Shown: piece after piece, positions 29,201 to 36,496 of the stretch
Position numbering within the stretch: position 1 is the stretch's first letter
Layout of the letters: each line of letters starts with the position of its first letter
From: a virus
IMG/VR virus record: IMGVR_UViG_3300042516_004811
Location: 87,108 to 151,107 of that record
Length of the DNA stretch: 64,000 bases
Strand: one strand, 5' to 3'
Position numbers and translations under genes: made by a program
Notes under the pieces: model-generated
Database searches by the model: none
Seen by the model: only the letters and a program-made list of their open reading frames with translations
What the model was told of the DNA's origin: nothing

Positions 29201-32141
29201 TCAATGGGTCCTTGAACTGCTCAAACTGCGGCATTGTGATTTCGTCAGCCATTGGGCTATAGAAAGCCCTATTGCCCTTGACTTCCTTCCATGCTGGAGC
29301 AATTTCTTTGATTACATCTTCCAGGTCCTGGAGTCTCTGCTCTGGTGACAACTGAAGAACATCATCTAATTCATACATTTCTGGTGGGAGACCCTCAACG
29401 TCTGCGACGTTCCAGACTGTGGTTGTGTGGAAGCCGCGATAGCTGCCAACTACATTTCCATCCCTATCGAGTATGGCTGTCTCTGTTTTGTTCGGAGCAA
29501 GAATCTGGACGCCACGCTTTTCCATGGCCTCCTTGCTTATTTTGCCGCCAATCTTTTTCCACTGACCAGCTCCGGCCCAGCGATTCGTCTTGTAGCCCCT
29601 AGCGCTGCTGATTAGTGTCAGCATCAGCTGGTTTGTTCCCTGATAAACACGCTTCTGGCCAGTTGCGTTTCTCGCCATGATTTCCAGTTGGCGCCACGGG
29701 ATTTCCCATCTCGCATTGCCTGGATTCTTGGCAATTTCTTCAAGAGCAGTAATAATCTGCTCTGTCATCTTGGCATAAACATCATCCAGAATTTGCTTTT
29801 GCTCTTCTGGGGTTACATTGTCGGAGTCAAGAACCTTTCCAGAGGAAAGTCTTTCACCTTCTTTGAACTTGTTGAGTGGGCCCTGATACTTAACCTTGTC
29901 AAAATCGCTACGCTTATTGTCTGGGGTGCTGAGGAAGCGCTGGTAACCGCTTGAGAGTTTGGTTACGTCTCCAGCATCCTGCTGACGCATTTCGCGCTCT
30001 GACATCTTCTCGACACGATTCATGTATTTGTCGAGTTCGTTGATTGCCTTACGCAGTCTCTTTATTTGGTCTGGGTCACTTGCCCCATCAAGAACACCCT
30101 GTAGCTGTTCTCTCTGCTCTTCAGCCATGGCCATTTTGTCAAACGACGCAACATCTGGGTCATCCACACGTGGAACCTCATAGAGCTTTCCACTCGAAAG
30201 TCCTGTTGCTGGCTTTGATACTGGCGCGCCAGGTGCGCCTGGCTTCTTGAGCTGCTCGGGGGATGGCTTTGGGTTGCGTATTGAGCCAGGACCGTCTGGG
30301 GTTGGGTCGGCCTGCGCAAGGGGTGTGCCTCGCATGAATAGGCCCTCACCAACAATTCCATCAAGGTCAACGTCTCTTGCGGTGAATGGGTCAAAGTCCT
30401 GAGCACCAGAGCTGGTGAAGAATCTTCCACGAGAGCGACCGCCACCAAGATTTGGTCGGTCAACCATTCGGCTACCAATTGCCCTGCCTAGGCGGTAGCC
30501 AATAGCCTTTTCTTCTATGCCACCATCATTTAAGGATTTTTTTTTTAAATTATCAAGCGCGGTATCAATTGCGTCGATGAGCTCAAAGCTGGCCCCCGAA
30601 GTGATAACAATTCCATCCGTATCCACATAAGCGTCGGCATAGTGGTAATCAAAAATTGGGTCGAGAGCCTGCTTTACACGGAACGCATACTGCGGCATTA
30701 CCGGAATGCAGTATGCGCCATTCATGTCATCGCCCTCGCGACCGAAGTCAGCGAGGCTCTTGTATTTACGATTCTTCTTGCGCTTACGCCCAATAATTCC
30801 TCTTAGAGCAGCTACGGCTAGTTCGCCTGGATACTTAACCTCAAGGTCCTCAAGGTAATCCTCTTCATTTGCTTCTGTCTGGTATTCGTAAGACTTCTTG
30901 ATGACAACATCACCCTTGACTACACCCTTAGGAATGACTGCAAATCTGCACTTACCTTCAGATTCAATGTCGAGGTCGATTATCTGGCAAGAGTTCCCAC
31001 CCTTGAAAAATACGCAGTTGGCGCACTTGACGCCGATGTTCTTGACATCATTTTCTGCGGCCGATGTGTACCCAGCCCAAACGCCATCAGCGTCTTCATT
31101 AAACTTGCCATAGCGCTTAACTATCTTAAGAAGAGAATCGCGGAGGTCAGCCTCTTCTGAGTCGATATTGTTCGGGTCGAACTGCGGACGAGGCTTTTTA
31201 CCTGAGTCCTCGTAATCAACTGGCGGAAGCGGAACTATTTGCATCCCAGCCTCGCCTGGCTTGATTGCAACAGGGATTCCCGGCATCTGCGAAGGACGCA
31301 TAATTCTTTCTGGGACTGACGGCATTCCAGGTGAAGCCATTGGCATCATTGGCATTGGCTTTGGAGCCATAGGAACACGCTGTGGTGGGCCAAACATAAA
31401 TCCGGCAGGTCCACGGCTGTAGTGGCACTTGTACTTGCCCACTTTTCCTTCGTCTTCCCTACGCGAGAAGGTAATCATGTCATCAGCAACGTCATCAATC
31501 ATGACCTTTGAACCGATAACCATCGATAGCTGCTTTTGGATTTCGTCTGTCTCGTCCTCTTCCATCATCATCATCGGTGATGGGGTCATCATTCCGCCCT
31601 TTTCATCTGACTTAACTGAGATTGTTCCAGTTAGCTGGTTTGCACCATGCAGAACGGGGGAGACTTCGTATAGTTCAAGCTCAAAGATGACATTTGCCTG
31701 AGATTTCTGGTCATACTGAGCGCGTAGCGTCTTGTAACCAATTGACCACTCTTGCTCCTCGCCAAAAAAGGCAACATTTGCAAAGGCTTCCCGGCCCTTC
31801 TCGGACTGAAGATTGAACTGGACGCGAGCAAAAAGTCCACCAATTCCAGCCATTTTCATCTTCATTGGCAAGCGATTATCGGTGGGAGGAACTTCGTAAA
31901 TCTCTAGAACTTTACCAATCGGGTCATTCCAGTTATGGCCCCATACAACACGTGGTTTTCTACGCATCAAGCTCTTTGTAAAAGCGCCAGTGGCAACGAT
32001 GTCACCAACTGAGTCCTTGTTTCCGATGCCAGCAACGAAACACTCGACAATACCCTGCGCCTCATTGAGGTTAACTGAGTCGGCCTTGCCCTCGGCAGTG
32101 CCTAGCGCAGTTGTCTTGTATTCAAAAACCTCACCTGGCAT
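23238..32141 (-). CDS. 2967-aa polyprotein: HK97-type prohead protease + 4-Cys domain + ArdC (ssDNA-binding + metallopeptidase) + UvrD-like SF1 helicase
   Basis: Protease: DSVGDIV..GAF, WGHNWNDPIG, WSIGY, LYEVSPVLHGAN. ArdC: WEIPWR, YQGTNQLML, HETVHWT, YAFEELIAE. Helicase: AGAGSGKT, IDEAQD, VGDKRQAVYAFRGA, SFRYG, SKGREW, YVALTRAK. Confidence 0.92.
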   Translation of the reverse strand: MPGEVFEYKTTALGTAEGKADSVNLNEAQGIVECFVAGIGNKDSVGDIVATGAFTKSLMRRKPRVVWGHNWNDPIGKVLEIYEVPPTDNRLPMKMKMAGIGGLFARVQFNLQSEKGREAFANVAFFGEEQEWSIGYKTLRAQYDQKSQANVIFELELYEVSPVLHGANQLTGTISVKSDEKGGMMTPSPMMMMEEDETDEIQKQLSMVIGSKVMIDDVADDMITFSRREDEGKVGKYKCHYSRGPAGFMFGPPQRVPMAPKPMPMMPMASPGMPSVPERIMRPSQMPGIPVAIKPGEAGMQIVPLPPVDYEDSGKKPRPQFDPNNIDSEEADLRDSLLKIVKRYGKFNEDADGVWAGYTSAAENDVKNIGVKCANCVFFKGGNSCQIIDLDIESEGKCRFAVIPKGVVKGDVVIKKSYEYQTEANEEDYLEDLEVKYPGELAVAALRGIIGRKRKKNRKYKSLADFGREGDDMNGAYCIPVMPQYAFRVKQALDPIFDYHYADAYVDTDGIVITSGASFELIDAIDTALDNLKKKSLNDGGIEEKAIGYRLGRAIGSRMVDRPNLGGGRSRGRFFTSSGAQDFDPFTARDVDLDGIVGEGLFMRGTPLAQADPTPDGPGSIRNPKPSPEQLKKPGAPGAPVSKPATGLSSGKLYEVPRVDDPDVASFDKMAMAEEQREQLQGVLDGASDPDQIKRLRKAINELDKYMNRVEKMSEREMRQQDAGDVTKLSSGYQRFLSTPDNKRSDFDKVKYQGPLNKFKEGERLSSGKVLDSDNVTPEEQKQILDDVYAKMTEQIITALEEIAKNPGNARWEIPWRQLEIMARNATGQKRVYQGTNQLMLTLISSARGYKTNRWAGAGQWKKIGGKISKEAMEKRGVQILAPNKTETAILDRDGNVVGSYRGFHTTTVWNVADVEGLPPEMYELDDVLQLSPEQRLQDLEDVIKEIAPAWKEVKGNRAFYSPMADEITMPQFEQFKDPLNFYSTLFHETVHWTSHPSRMNRKLGKQFGDADYAFEELIAEIGSAFALGAMGVEAPVRKDHAPYLASWLQALRSRPEALKDAITQAQQAVDFLMNRSATMRKRAGIPDGERKGKDEATAEVPMIVGFEDSPKIPTIGGVRGTFGDEDIEDIVPPAPAEKPKRTRKGSKASGEASTEALSSGAMMSNLNTVDEDIIGGGYIRREGRDGLAKDVSGRLSSGASRGSVQHRSGDEARAVKRSPGTAHFGSLYGFSYEPTEQQKDIIDTGLALMFGEQKGIMTVSAGAGSGKTTTLKALMAAAEREFDITRFINRPEALKEKLDFISEKYSTDDDKFDLSSMSEEDRDTKLSELRDKFKSPTAYYVVFNKKNEEEAAAEFSDNTGVSTLNRLSWWSLLLGQGDEKYGKKFRDKVKISTQDRGTFARRDKDGKLQTIKFTKVDGTEGETVGYDPGWRDLGYLKLSDSNGWIKALKLTDREEFSAGKGAGMPTPIAGVNLTVRDYADILNKALKAFANSADEKIGPQHFKRADINKGRASDSIVDTEWPSIPDQWLKDANDGWNMVTDPDSIVLPDQGQTDKLWAMTDPDLRSDPGLIGHATGKDLEANVQVPKETKVGDILPDGRVVISVKTGQKGKNFQATVARRYATKDNPLSMFMIDEAQDMNPVMEQVLNKNRDNLSILLVGDKRQAVYAFRGAKDILSSLNGDYDLPLNESFRYGPTVAWLANLIQSQGNIDDSELGIEDRFHHVAGLAVDVINNDFDMDGLSPERAREALVKIESKYKSDRIRIAQKGIRDDFDMTSMTVDQRREKLKAADKKYKTKLASLSDDEIVSGIEINKALSKELRKVEDSYVALADMDEAARSRELASLKDVLSKEAAGEFVADMKDADAILTRDNATIIYEALQFIQNFQPRFTRNGQELPPVVMIPATKHREMKAFFEHLSFVMDTPVDKQIELTKKGLRPKASSWIGDVWDAGEIKRRAQQEQYAQLKSMYKLVTRGNKNLGIPPRRAWEYRNMFANGVTPGIKAPVIVPERKMLNLSKLKDVNVDDLKTISAQRGTGFTSTSTASRARRFEVIPDTTGKGKSKVQWHLQLADVNGKREGEWTGAIELFDWGIDSGGEYTDTKTGKVVKAPQGVYFRDMMRILEDSDYYGGKVQFKKNGLRNKEGSGKEFGDTVVIKGDTDEETAFILNDIVSRMRTSAKTPNADVEITTAQLSKGREWDRVRVASDFRNPPDLDIDPETGKPVESRSRREELNIVYVALTRAKRAIDPGKAIYDLYLSDTVSARQREAIDKAIEDGRMPDYLNKPEGLFDPYSGEINAPTPTIEDDDDEPGDYEVGGGDDGKSIDDIIKEKEEEKEDEDASIDGIEDIGDEDASNSPDMDQFVDFLSSGRSGRGRRNRRLNRSRQTPWSDEDRQRFADRDRLRANRRPGKRNDGPSPEEFFSSGRTDVELEGRFGRRLRQGGAQRAPRNARPSTQGIAGLRLSGNPETNSKARRELDYSMRVWDGFKRTGIALDVNSDDSGTDARQRQIREAMNNVSQRMADRPQITVGSVSSNNPNQNPTASTWMLSTEKLKDTIRIPTEYSVQTDPGTGRKDITWTQSRPLSNDELASLLNLDKPNAAKLSDPDAGINHDAVRMLVAELGKQPEFAGWRLFAPVTRADEDFAEMNVMERFAENLGRANMRDRFIIETFGKDAFPHWFDEEENNPISPEEYDSLGEVSRVSQFRASGRFDKDSATRGDSPVEEMLMEESIDEAELPDIQEPDVSAEELRADKTARKDFELDALLKYLGIPEKGWQQRMRERLQQSFGMDDVGLGAQSDWKKNGVPIAYINQMIKAGLIPDASSVWRDGDSGSKLDSELSNAKHAVYEALNEFIDKSFPNSPQNSTKTRNYITNSTDMALYLSESAKRKGSVFSPRKGDEPRFSSNELQQIVNRFNEAFGTNHTIEDIFSREQLETARRRIEEDGETLSGKKRERRKVKPDNFAND
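30526..30549 (-). other. candidate frameshift/slippage site T TTA AAA AAA AAA with nearby out-of-frame stops
   Basis: T10 on the + strand at 30537-30546. The -1 frame stops at TGA 30528-30526 and the +1 frame at TAA 30532-30530. Confidence 0.5.
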
Positions 32142-32244
32142 TGGGCTACCTTCCGTAGTGGACTATCTGATAATAAACCACTATTAAGTCTGAGCAGTGT
32201 AAGTTTCGATTTTTATAGCTGTATAAAGATAATATTTACAGCAA

Positions 32245-34332
32245 TTAAACAGTTTGGGCGTAATTCCAGGTACTTCTGGCAACATCCATAGCAATTTCAG
32301 CCTGTTCTTTGGCAAAAAAGTTGGTGTACATGTCGACAATTCCCTCACGAATCATCGACGCTCTACTATCTCCGTCAATGAGATTAAGGCTGTCAATGTA
32401 GAGGCGCTGTATTTCATTGACGTTCTCCCTGTTGAGTGACTTAATTACACCAACCTGAGAGTCAACGGTCTTTACCGTGTCAAGTTTTGGCAGGCTCTTT
32501 ACTTTGATTCCGTTAGCTTCGCCAAATTCTTTTCTAGCATCGTGAGAGTCGCGAATAATCGCAGAAAGAATTGGCTTAATGTCCTCTTCCATCTGTCTAT
32601 CCCAAGTATCGATAGCTAGAACTGCGTCCACCTCAAGGGTTCCAGCAGATAGGGCCTTTCTGGCCTTCATTCCAGTCACCTTCTCAAGAACGACCCTTTG
32701 CTGTCTTTCTATGACGCGCTCAATGCTTCTTGAAAGAATTTCGGCCCATCTTTCGATAGCCATCTCCGACTTGTCTTCGAAGTAAGAGTCATTTTTTTCT
32801 TCTATTTCATCTTCTTCAGTCTTTGTTTCAACTAGAGAAGCGTCTGCGCCAGCCATCGTCATTCCGGGTACTGGGGGCGGCGGAGTTACTGGTGGTGCGG
32901 CCTCGGCCGGAACGGTTGTTTGGGCCAACTCGCCCGCACCAGCTGCTTCAGCCATCGCTCCCTGCATTGTGTTTGGGTCAAGGGGTACTGGTGCCCCAGG
33001 AGGCATTGGGGCACCCGGCATTGGTGGCATTCCAGGCATTCCAGGCATTCCAGGCATTCCAGGTGCGCCGGGGACCTGTGCTGCGTTCTCCTCCATCTTC
33101 TTCTTGGTGTTGGCAATCGGAATGAGGTTCGGGTTTGCTAATAGTGAGTCAGCAAGGTCGGCTTCAACTTCCTTGCGTGACGAGCCAGTTCTGTACTCGT
33201 TTGCCGAAATCAGGCCGCCCTGGAACTCCTGGAGGAGGTATCTGTCTCGCTCTTGCTTGTAAAGCATAAGGATGGGGACTTCCGAAGTGTCGAAGTCGAC
33301 GTAGTACTTATCATCCAGTTCATCAAGCGCGCGAGCAATTGGCTCTAGGTGAGGAAGCATTGTTTCCATCCAGAAAACGCGAATTTCCTCTGCTGCGTTA
33401 CTAAATGTTCTTCCAGCAGCATTTCCGATGACCGACTCGGGAACACCAAACGCAGAAAGGATTTCCTCCTTGGTGACCTGACGCATCTGAATATATGCGG
33501 CATCTCTTGGGGAGGCCGAGGTGTCGACGTAATCAACTCCGTCATCTGCCGCAATTACCGTTGTGTGGCCAGTCTTCGCGAGGTTCCCACGAAATCTAGA
33601 CTTCAACTCTTCCTTGTCGTCTTCGTCGATTTCTCCACGAACAACAAGGAGTCCGCCTGGTCTACCGTCATTAAGGAGGTAGTTGCGGTTATAAAGCTTG
33701 GCAAGGTTTTCAATTTCTATCGCAACACCGGCTGCTTCCAGCGGGGTCAGGGACAAGTATGGGTCGAGTGGGTGTGGTCGCCTAATCCAGCAGACATCTT
33801 CTGGTTTTAGGAATTTCTTCTCACCATAAGGCATCATCACTTCGTAGCCCTTGACGAAAGTCTTGGGGTCTGGAATTGGCGCAGTTGATTGCGGTGGAAG
33901 AAGGTTCAGAGCAATTATTCCGCCGTCTCGACCACGGATTTTCTCGATAAAAACACCGCGAGTACCGAGAAGCAACTGAGCCGAAAGCCGGTAACGGAAG
34001 ATAAACGAGTTCTCCCCAAGGTTGGCACGATTGTTAAGAATCTCCAAAAGATTGGACCTGTTTGCTTCGCGCCCAACAACAATCTCACCCATATTGGAGT
34101 TGTCTTTGCGGAGAATTATTGGAAGTCTCGCCTGGTTCCCGGAAATAGCGTCAATACAGCGATTAACCCACGTAATTTTGGACATGCCCTCGCGGTATGC
34201 GCGCTCAATGTCCCACGAGTCCCTATAGGACTTGCCAACGAACGATGGATTGCTTGAAATAGGCAACCCGTAGCCGAGCTGCTTAGCCTGAGGTCCATCA
34301 AGGGACTTGTTTTGTCTTGAGTTCCACGCCAT
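32245..34332 (-). CDS. HK97-type portal protein with a Pro-rich linker and C-terminal extension
   Basis: WVNRCIDAIS, GRPGGLL, ILSAFGVP..IG...FSNA, ISANEYR. Confidence 0.93.
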   Translation of the reverse strand: MAWNSRQNKSLDGPQAKQLGYGLPISSNPSFVGKSYRDSWDIERAYREGMSKITWVNRCIDAISGNQARLPIILRKDNSNMGEIVVGREANRSNLLEILNNRANLGENSFIFRYRLSAQLLLGTRGVFIEKIRGRDGGIIALNLLPPQSTAPIPDPKTFVKGYEVMMPYGEKKFLKPEDVCWIRRPHPLDPYLSLTPLEAAGVAIEIENLAKLYNRNYLLNDGRPGGLLVVRGEIDEDDKEELKSRFRGNLAKTGHTTVIAADDGVDYVDTSASPRDAAYIQMRQVTKEEILSAFGVPESVIGNAAGRTFSNAAEEIRVFWMETMLPHLEPIARALDELDDKYYVDFDTSEVPILMLYKQERDRYLLQEFQGGLISANEYRTGSSRKEVEADLADSLLANPNLIPIANTKKKMEENAAQVPGAPGMPGMPGMPGMPPMPGAPMPPGAPVPLDPNTMQGAMAEAAGAGELAQTTVPAEAAPPVTPPPPVPGMTMAGADASLVETKTEEDEIEEKNDSYFEDKSEMAIERWAEILSRSIERVIERQQRVVLEKVTGMKARKALSAGTLEVDAVLAIDTWDRQMEEDIKPILSAIIRDSHDARKEFGEANGIKVKSLPKLDTVKTVDSQVGVIKSLNRENVNEIQRLYIDSLNLIDGDSRASMIREGIVDMYTNFFAKEQAEIAMDVARSTWNYAQTV
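33026..33063. repeat. 9-bp tandem repeat GGCATTCCA x4 (PGM units)
   Basis: Directly visible inside the portal gene. Confidence 0.9.
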
Positions 34333-34339
34333 GATTTAT

Positions 34340-34585
34340 CTACTCAGCACCCAGCAAAAATCCGAAAACGCCACATGAAACCCCAGCCACAATCCACCCA
34401 GCGGGGAAGAAAATCATTCCCGCTCCAATACTGGTCAATATTATAAAGCAAAGCATGAATATATTGGCGAACGTGCCTCTGTTGAGTGCCGTTCTGACCC
34501 TTATTCTTGCCACTCTAAGCCTTGAGCGGGTGTTCGCCATGGTAACTCTGAGGCGCTTCTTAATATTTGTCTTGGGTTTTGGCAT
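34340..34585 (-). CDS. small membrane protein upstream of portal
   Basis: Basic N-terminus and two hydrophobic segments. TACTGT lies 7 nt before ATG 34585. Confidence 0.7.
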   Translation of the reverse strand: MPKPKTNIKKRLRVTMANTRSRLRVARIRVRTALNRGTFANIFMLCFIILTSIGAGMIFFPAGWIVAGVSCGVFGFLLGAE

Positions 34586-34647
34586 ATAACATACAGTAGC
34601 GCACAAAATTGCTCGCCGTGGCGGAAAGAGTGCAGGAAGAATTGATT

Positions 34648-35961
34648 ATGGCTCAAAAACCAAACTGGGAAGAAGTTCTTGAATACTTAACCCCTAAAGA
34701 AACTCCGTTTTGTCCAGAAGAACCCTCCATAAACCAAAAAGTCTTCTTGAGGACAAACGCAATCGAGGCCCTTTTTGGTGGCGCAGCAGGCGGTGGCAAG
34801 TCCTCGGCTTTGCTAATGGCCGCCCTGCAGTATGTCGACATTCCTGGATATTCAGCCATTCTCTTCCGTCGTACTTTTGCCGACCTCTCCCTTCCTGGCG
34901 CCCTGATGGACCGTTTTAAATCTTGGATGTCCAACTACGACGACATTCACTGGAACAGCAATACTTTTATTGCGACATTTCCTTCTGGGGCGAGAATTTC
35001 TTTTGGTTACCTAAACAATCAGAATGACTACCTTCGCTACAAGGGTTCAGAATTTCAGTTCATTGGCATGGACGAAGTTACAGAAATCCGCGAATCTGAC
35101 TACCGATACATGTTCTCCCGTTTGCGTCGTCCCGCGAATGGTCCCGTGTCCCAAATACCCCTCAGAATGAGAGCGGCATCAAACCCCGCTCCCAACTGGG
35201 TTAGACAGAGATTTATTGTTGAAGGAAGGAAAGAGGGAAGAATTTTCGTTCCTTCACGACTTACCGACAACCCTGGAATTGACGCCGATTCTTATCGACA
35301 GTCGTTGTCTGCCCTTGACCCTGTTGAGCGTCGCAGGCTTGAGGAAGGCGACTGGTGGTCGACAACTCTTGGTACCCTATTTGACAGAACCGGTTTTGTA
35401 ATAATCGACGGAAGCGAGATTCCGAATATCACCAGTTCGGCACGGGTTGTCAGATACTGGGACTTGGCAGCGACCGAGCCATCCGCGTCAAATCCCGACC
35501 CGGACTGGACGGTTGGTACTTTGATGATGTTCGACGGTGGCATTGCTTACGTGCTCGATGTTAGAAGAGCTCGTGTTCGTGGCGAGAAGGTTGAAGAGCT
35601 AATGGCCCAGACAGCCTCGGAGGATGGTCATGGCGTTCCAATCAGAATGGAACAGGAACCTGGTTCATCGGGTAAGGCACTGGTTGACCAGTTCGCTAGA
35701 TATGTAGTTCCAGGATACGACTTTGGCGCGATGAAGCCCACGGGGGACAAAGTTACGAGAGCGCGCCCATTCGCTGCAGCCGTTGCCAATGGGAATGTGA
35801 GATTAGTCCGTGGGGCATGGCTAACAAACTGGCTTGACGAGTTTTCATCGTTTCCAGAAGCAACCAATCATGATGACCAGGTTGACTCTGCCGTTGGGGC
35901 TTTTACATATTTGACCGGACTGGGGTTGCCCCAGAGAAAACGGGTACATATACTCCTCTAA
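34648..35961 (+). CDS. terL: terminase large subunit
   Basis: FGGAAGGGKS, IGMDEV, ASNP, RYWDLA, EQEPGSSGK, HDDQVD. Confidence 0.95.
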   Translation: MAQKPNWEEVLEYLTPKETPFCPEEPSINQKVFLRTNAIEALFGGAAGGGKSSALLMAALQYVDIPGYSAILFRRTFADLSLPGALMDRFKSWMSNYDDIHWNSNTFIATFPSGARISFGYLNNQNDYLRYKGSEFQFIGMDEVTEIRESDYRYMFSRLRRPANGPVSQIPLRMRAASNPAPNWVRQRFIVEGRKEGRIFVPSRLTDNPGIDADSYRQSLSALDPVERRRLEEGDWWSTTLGTLFDRTGFVIIDGSEIPNITSSARVVRYWDLAATEPSASNPDPDWTVGTLMMFDGGIAYVLDVRRARVRGEKVEELMAQTASEDGHGVPIRMEQEPGSSGKALVDQFARYVVPGYDFGAMKPTGDKVTRARPFAAAVANGNVRLVRGAWLTNWLDEFSSFPEATNHDDQVDSAVGAFTYLTGLGLPQRKRVHILL

Positions 35962-35988
35962 GCCACCTACTTGCTAAGGGGATTATTA

Positions 35989-36486
35989 ATGTCATTAGAA
36001 AAACTTGCCGAGATAAAAGAACTTATTACAAAACTTGAGTTCGATATCGATGCATTCGTTTCATCTGAGCCATCCATGGATGAGGCTTGTTCAGCCCTAG
36101 TTGAAATGAACATCCTCAAGAGGGATATCTCATATGTGTATGACCATCTGTCTAGGGCAGTCTCTAGAATTATGGGAGAGACAGAAAATATTTCGCTCCC
36201 CGATGGCTCAACTATTGAGAAGAAATCCTCGTACGACAGAAAGGGTTGGGACCACAAGGCTCTTGCCTCCGTCGTTGCCCAAAAAGTTGTTCAGATGTCG
36301 GTTGATATGGATACTGGTGAAGTCATCAAGTCTCCACAGGAAATAGCTGCAGAAATGTTGACCTACTGTGCTCCCTCTTACTGGAGAATCAAGGAACTAA
36401 ATAAACTCGGCGTTAATGCCGACAACTACTGCGAAGTTGGCGAACTGCGCACTAGCATCATCGTGCGTAAACCAAAGGAAATCTGA
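35989..36486 (+). CDS. hypothetical protein
   Basis: AAGGGG before ATG 35989. In operon with the recombination genes. Confidence 0.75.
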   Translation: MSLEKLAEIKELITKLEFDIDAFVSSEPSMDEACSALVEMNILKRDISYVYDHLSRAVSRIMGETENISLPDGSTIEKKSSYDRKGWDHKALASVVAQKVVQMSVDMDTGEVIKSPQEIAAEMLTYCAPSYWRIKELNKLGVNADNYCEVGELRTSIIVRKPKEI

Positions 36487-36496
36487 GGCATTGAAC

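Noticed and set aside
34340-34585. Holin call for the small membrane protein
   Set aside because: Far from the endolysin, and small membrane genes just before portal genes are common. Function left open.
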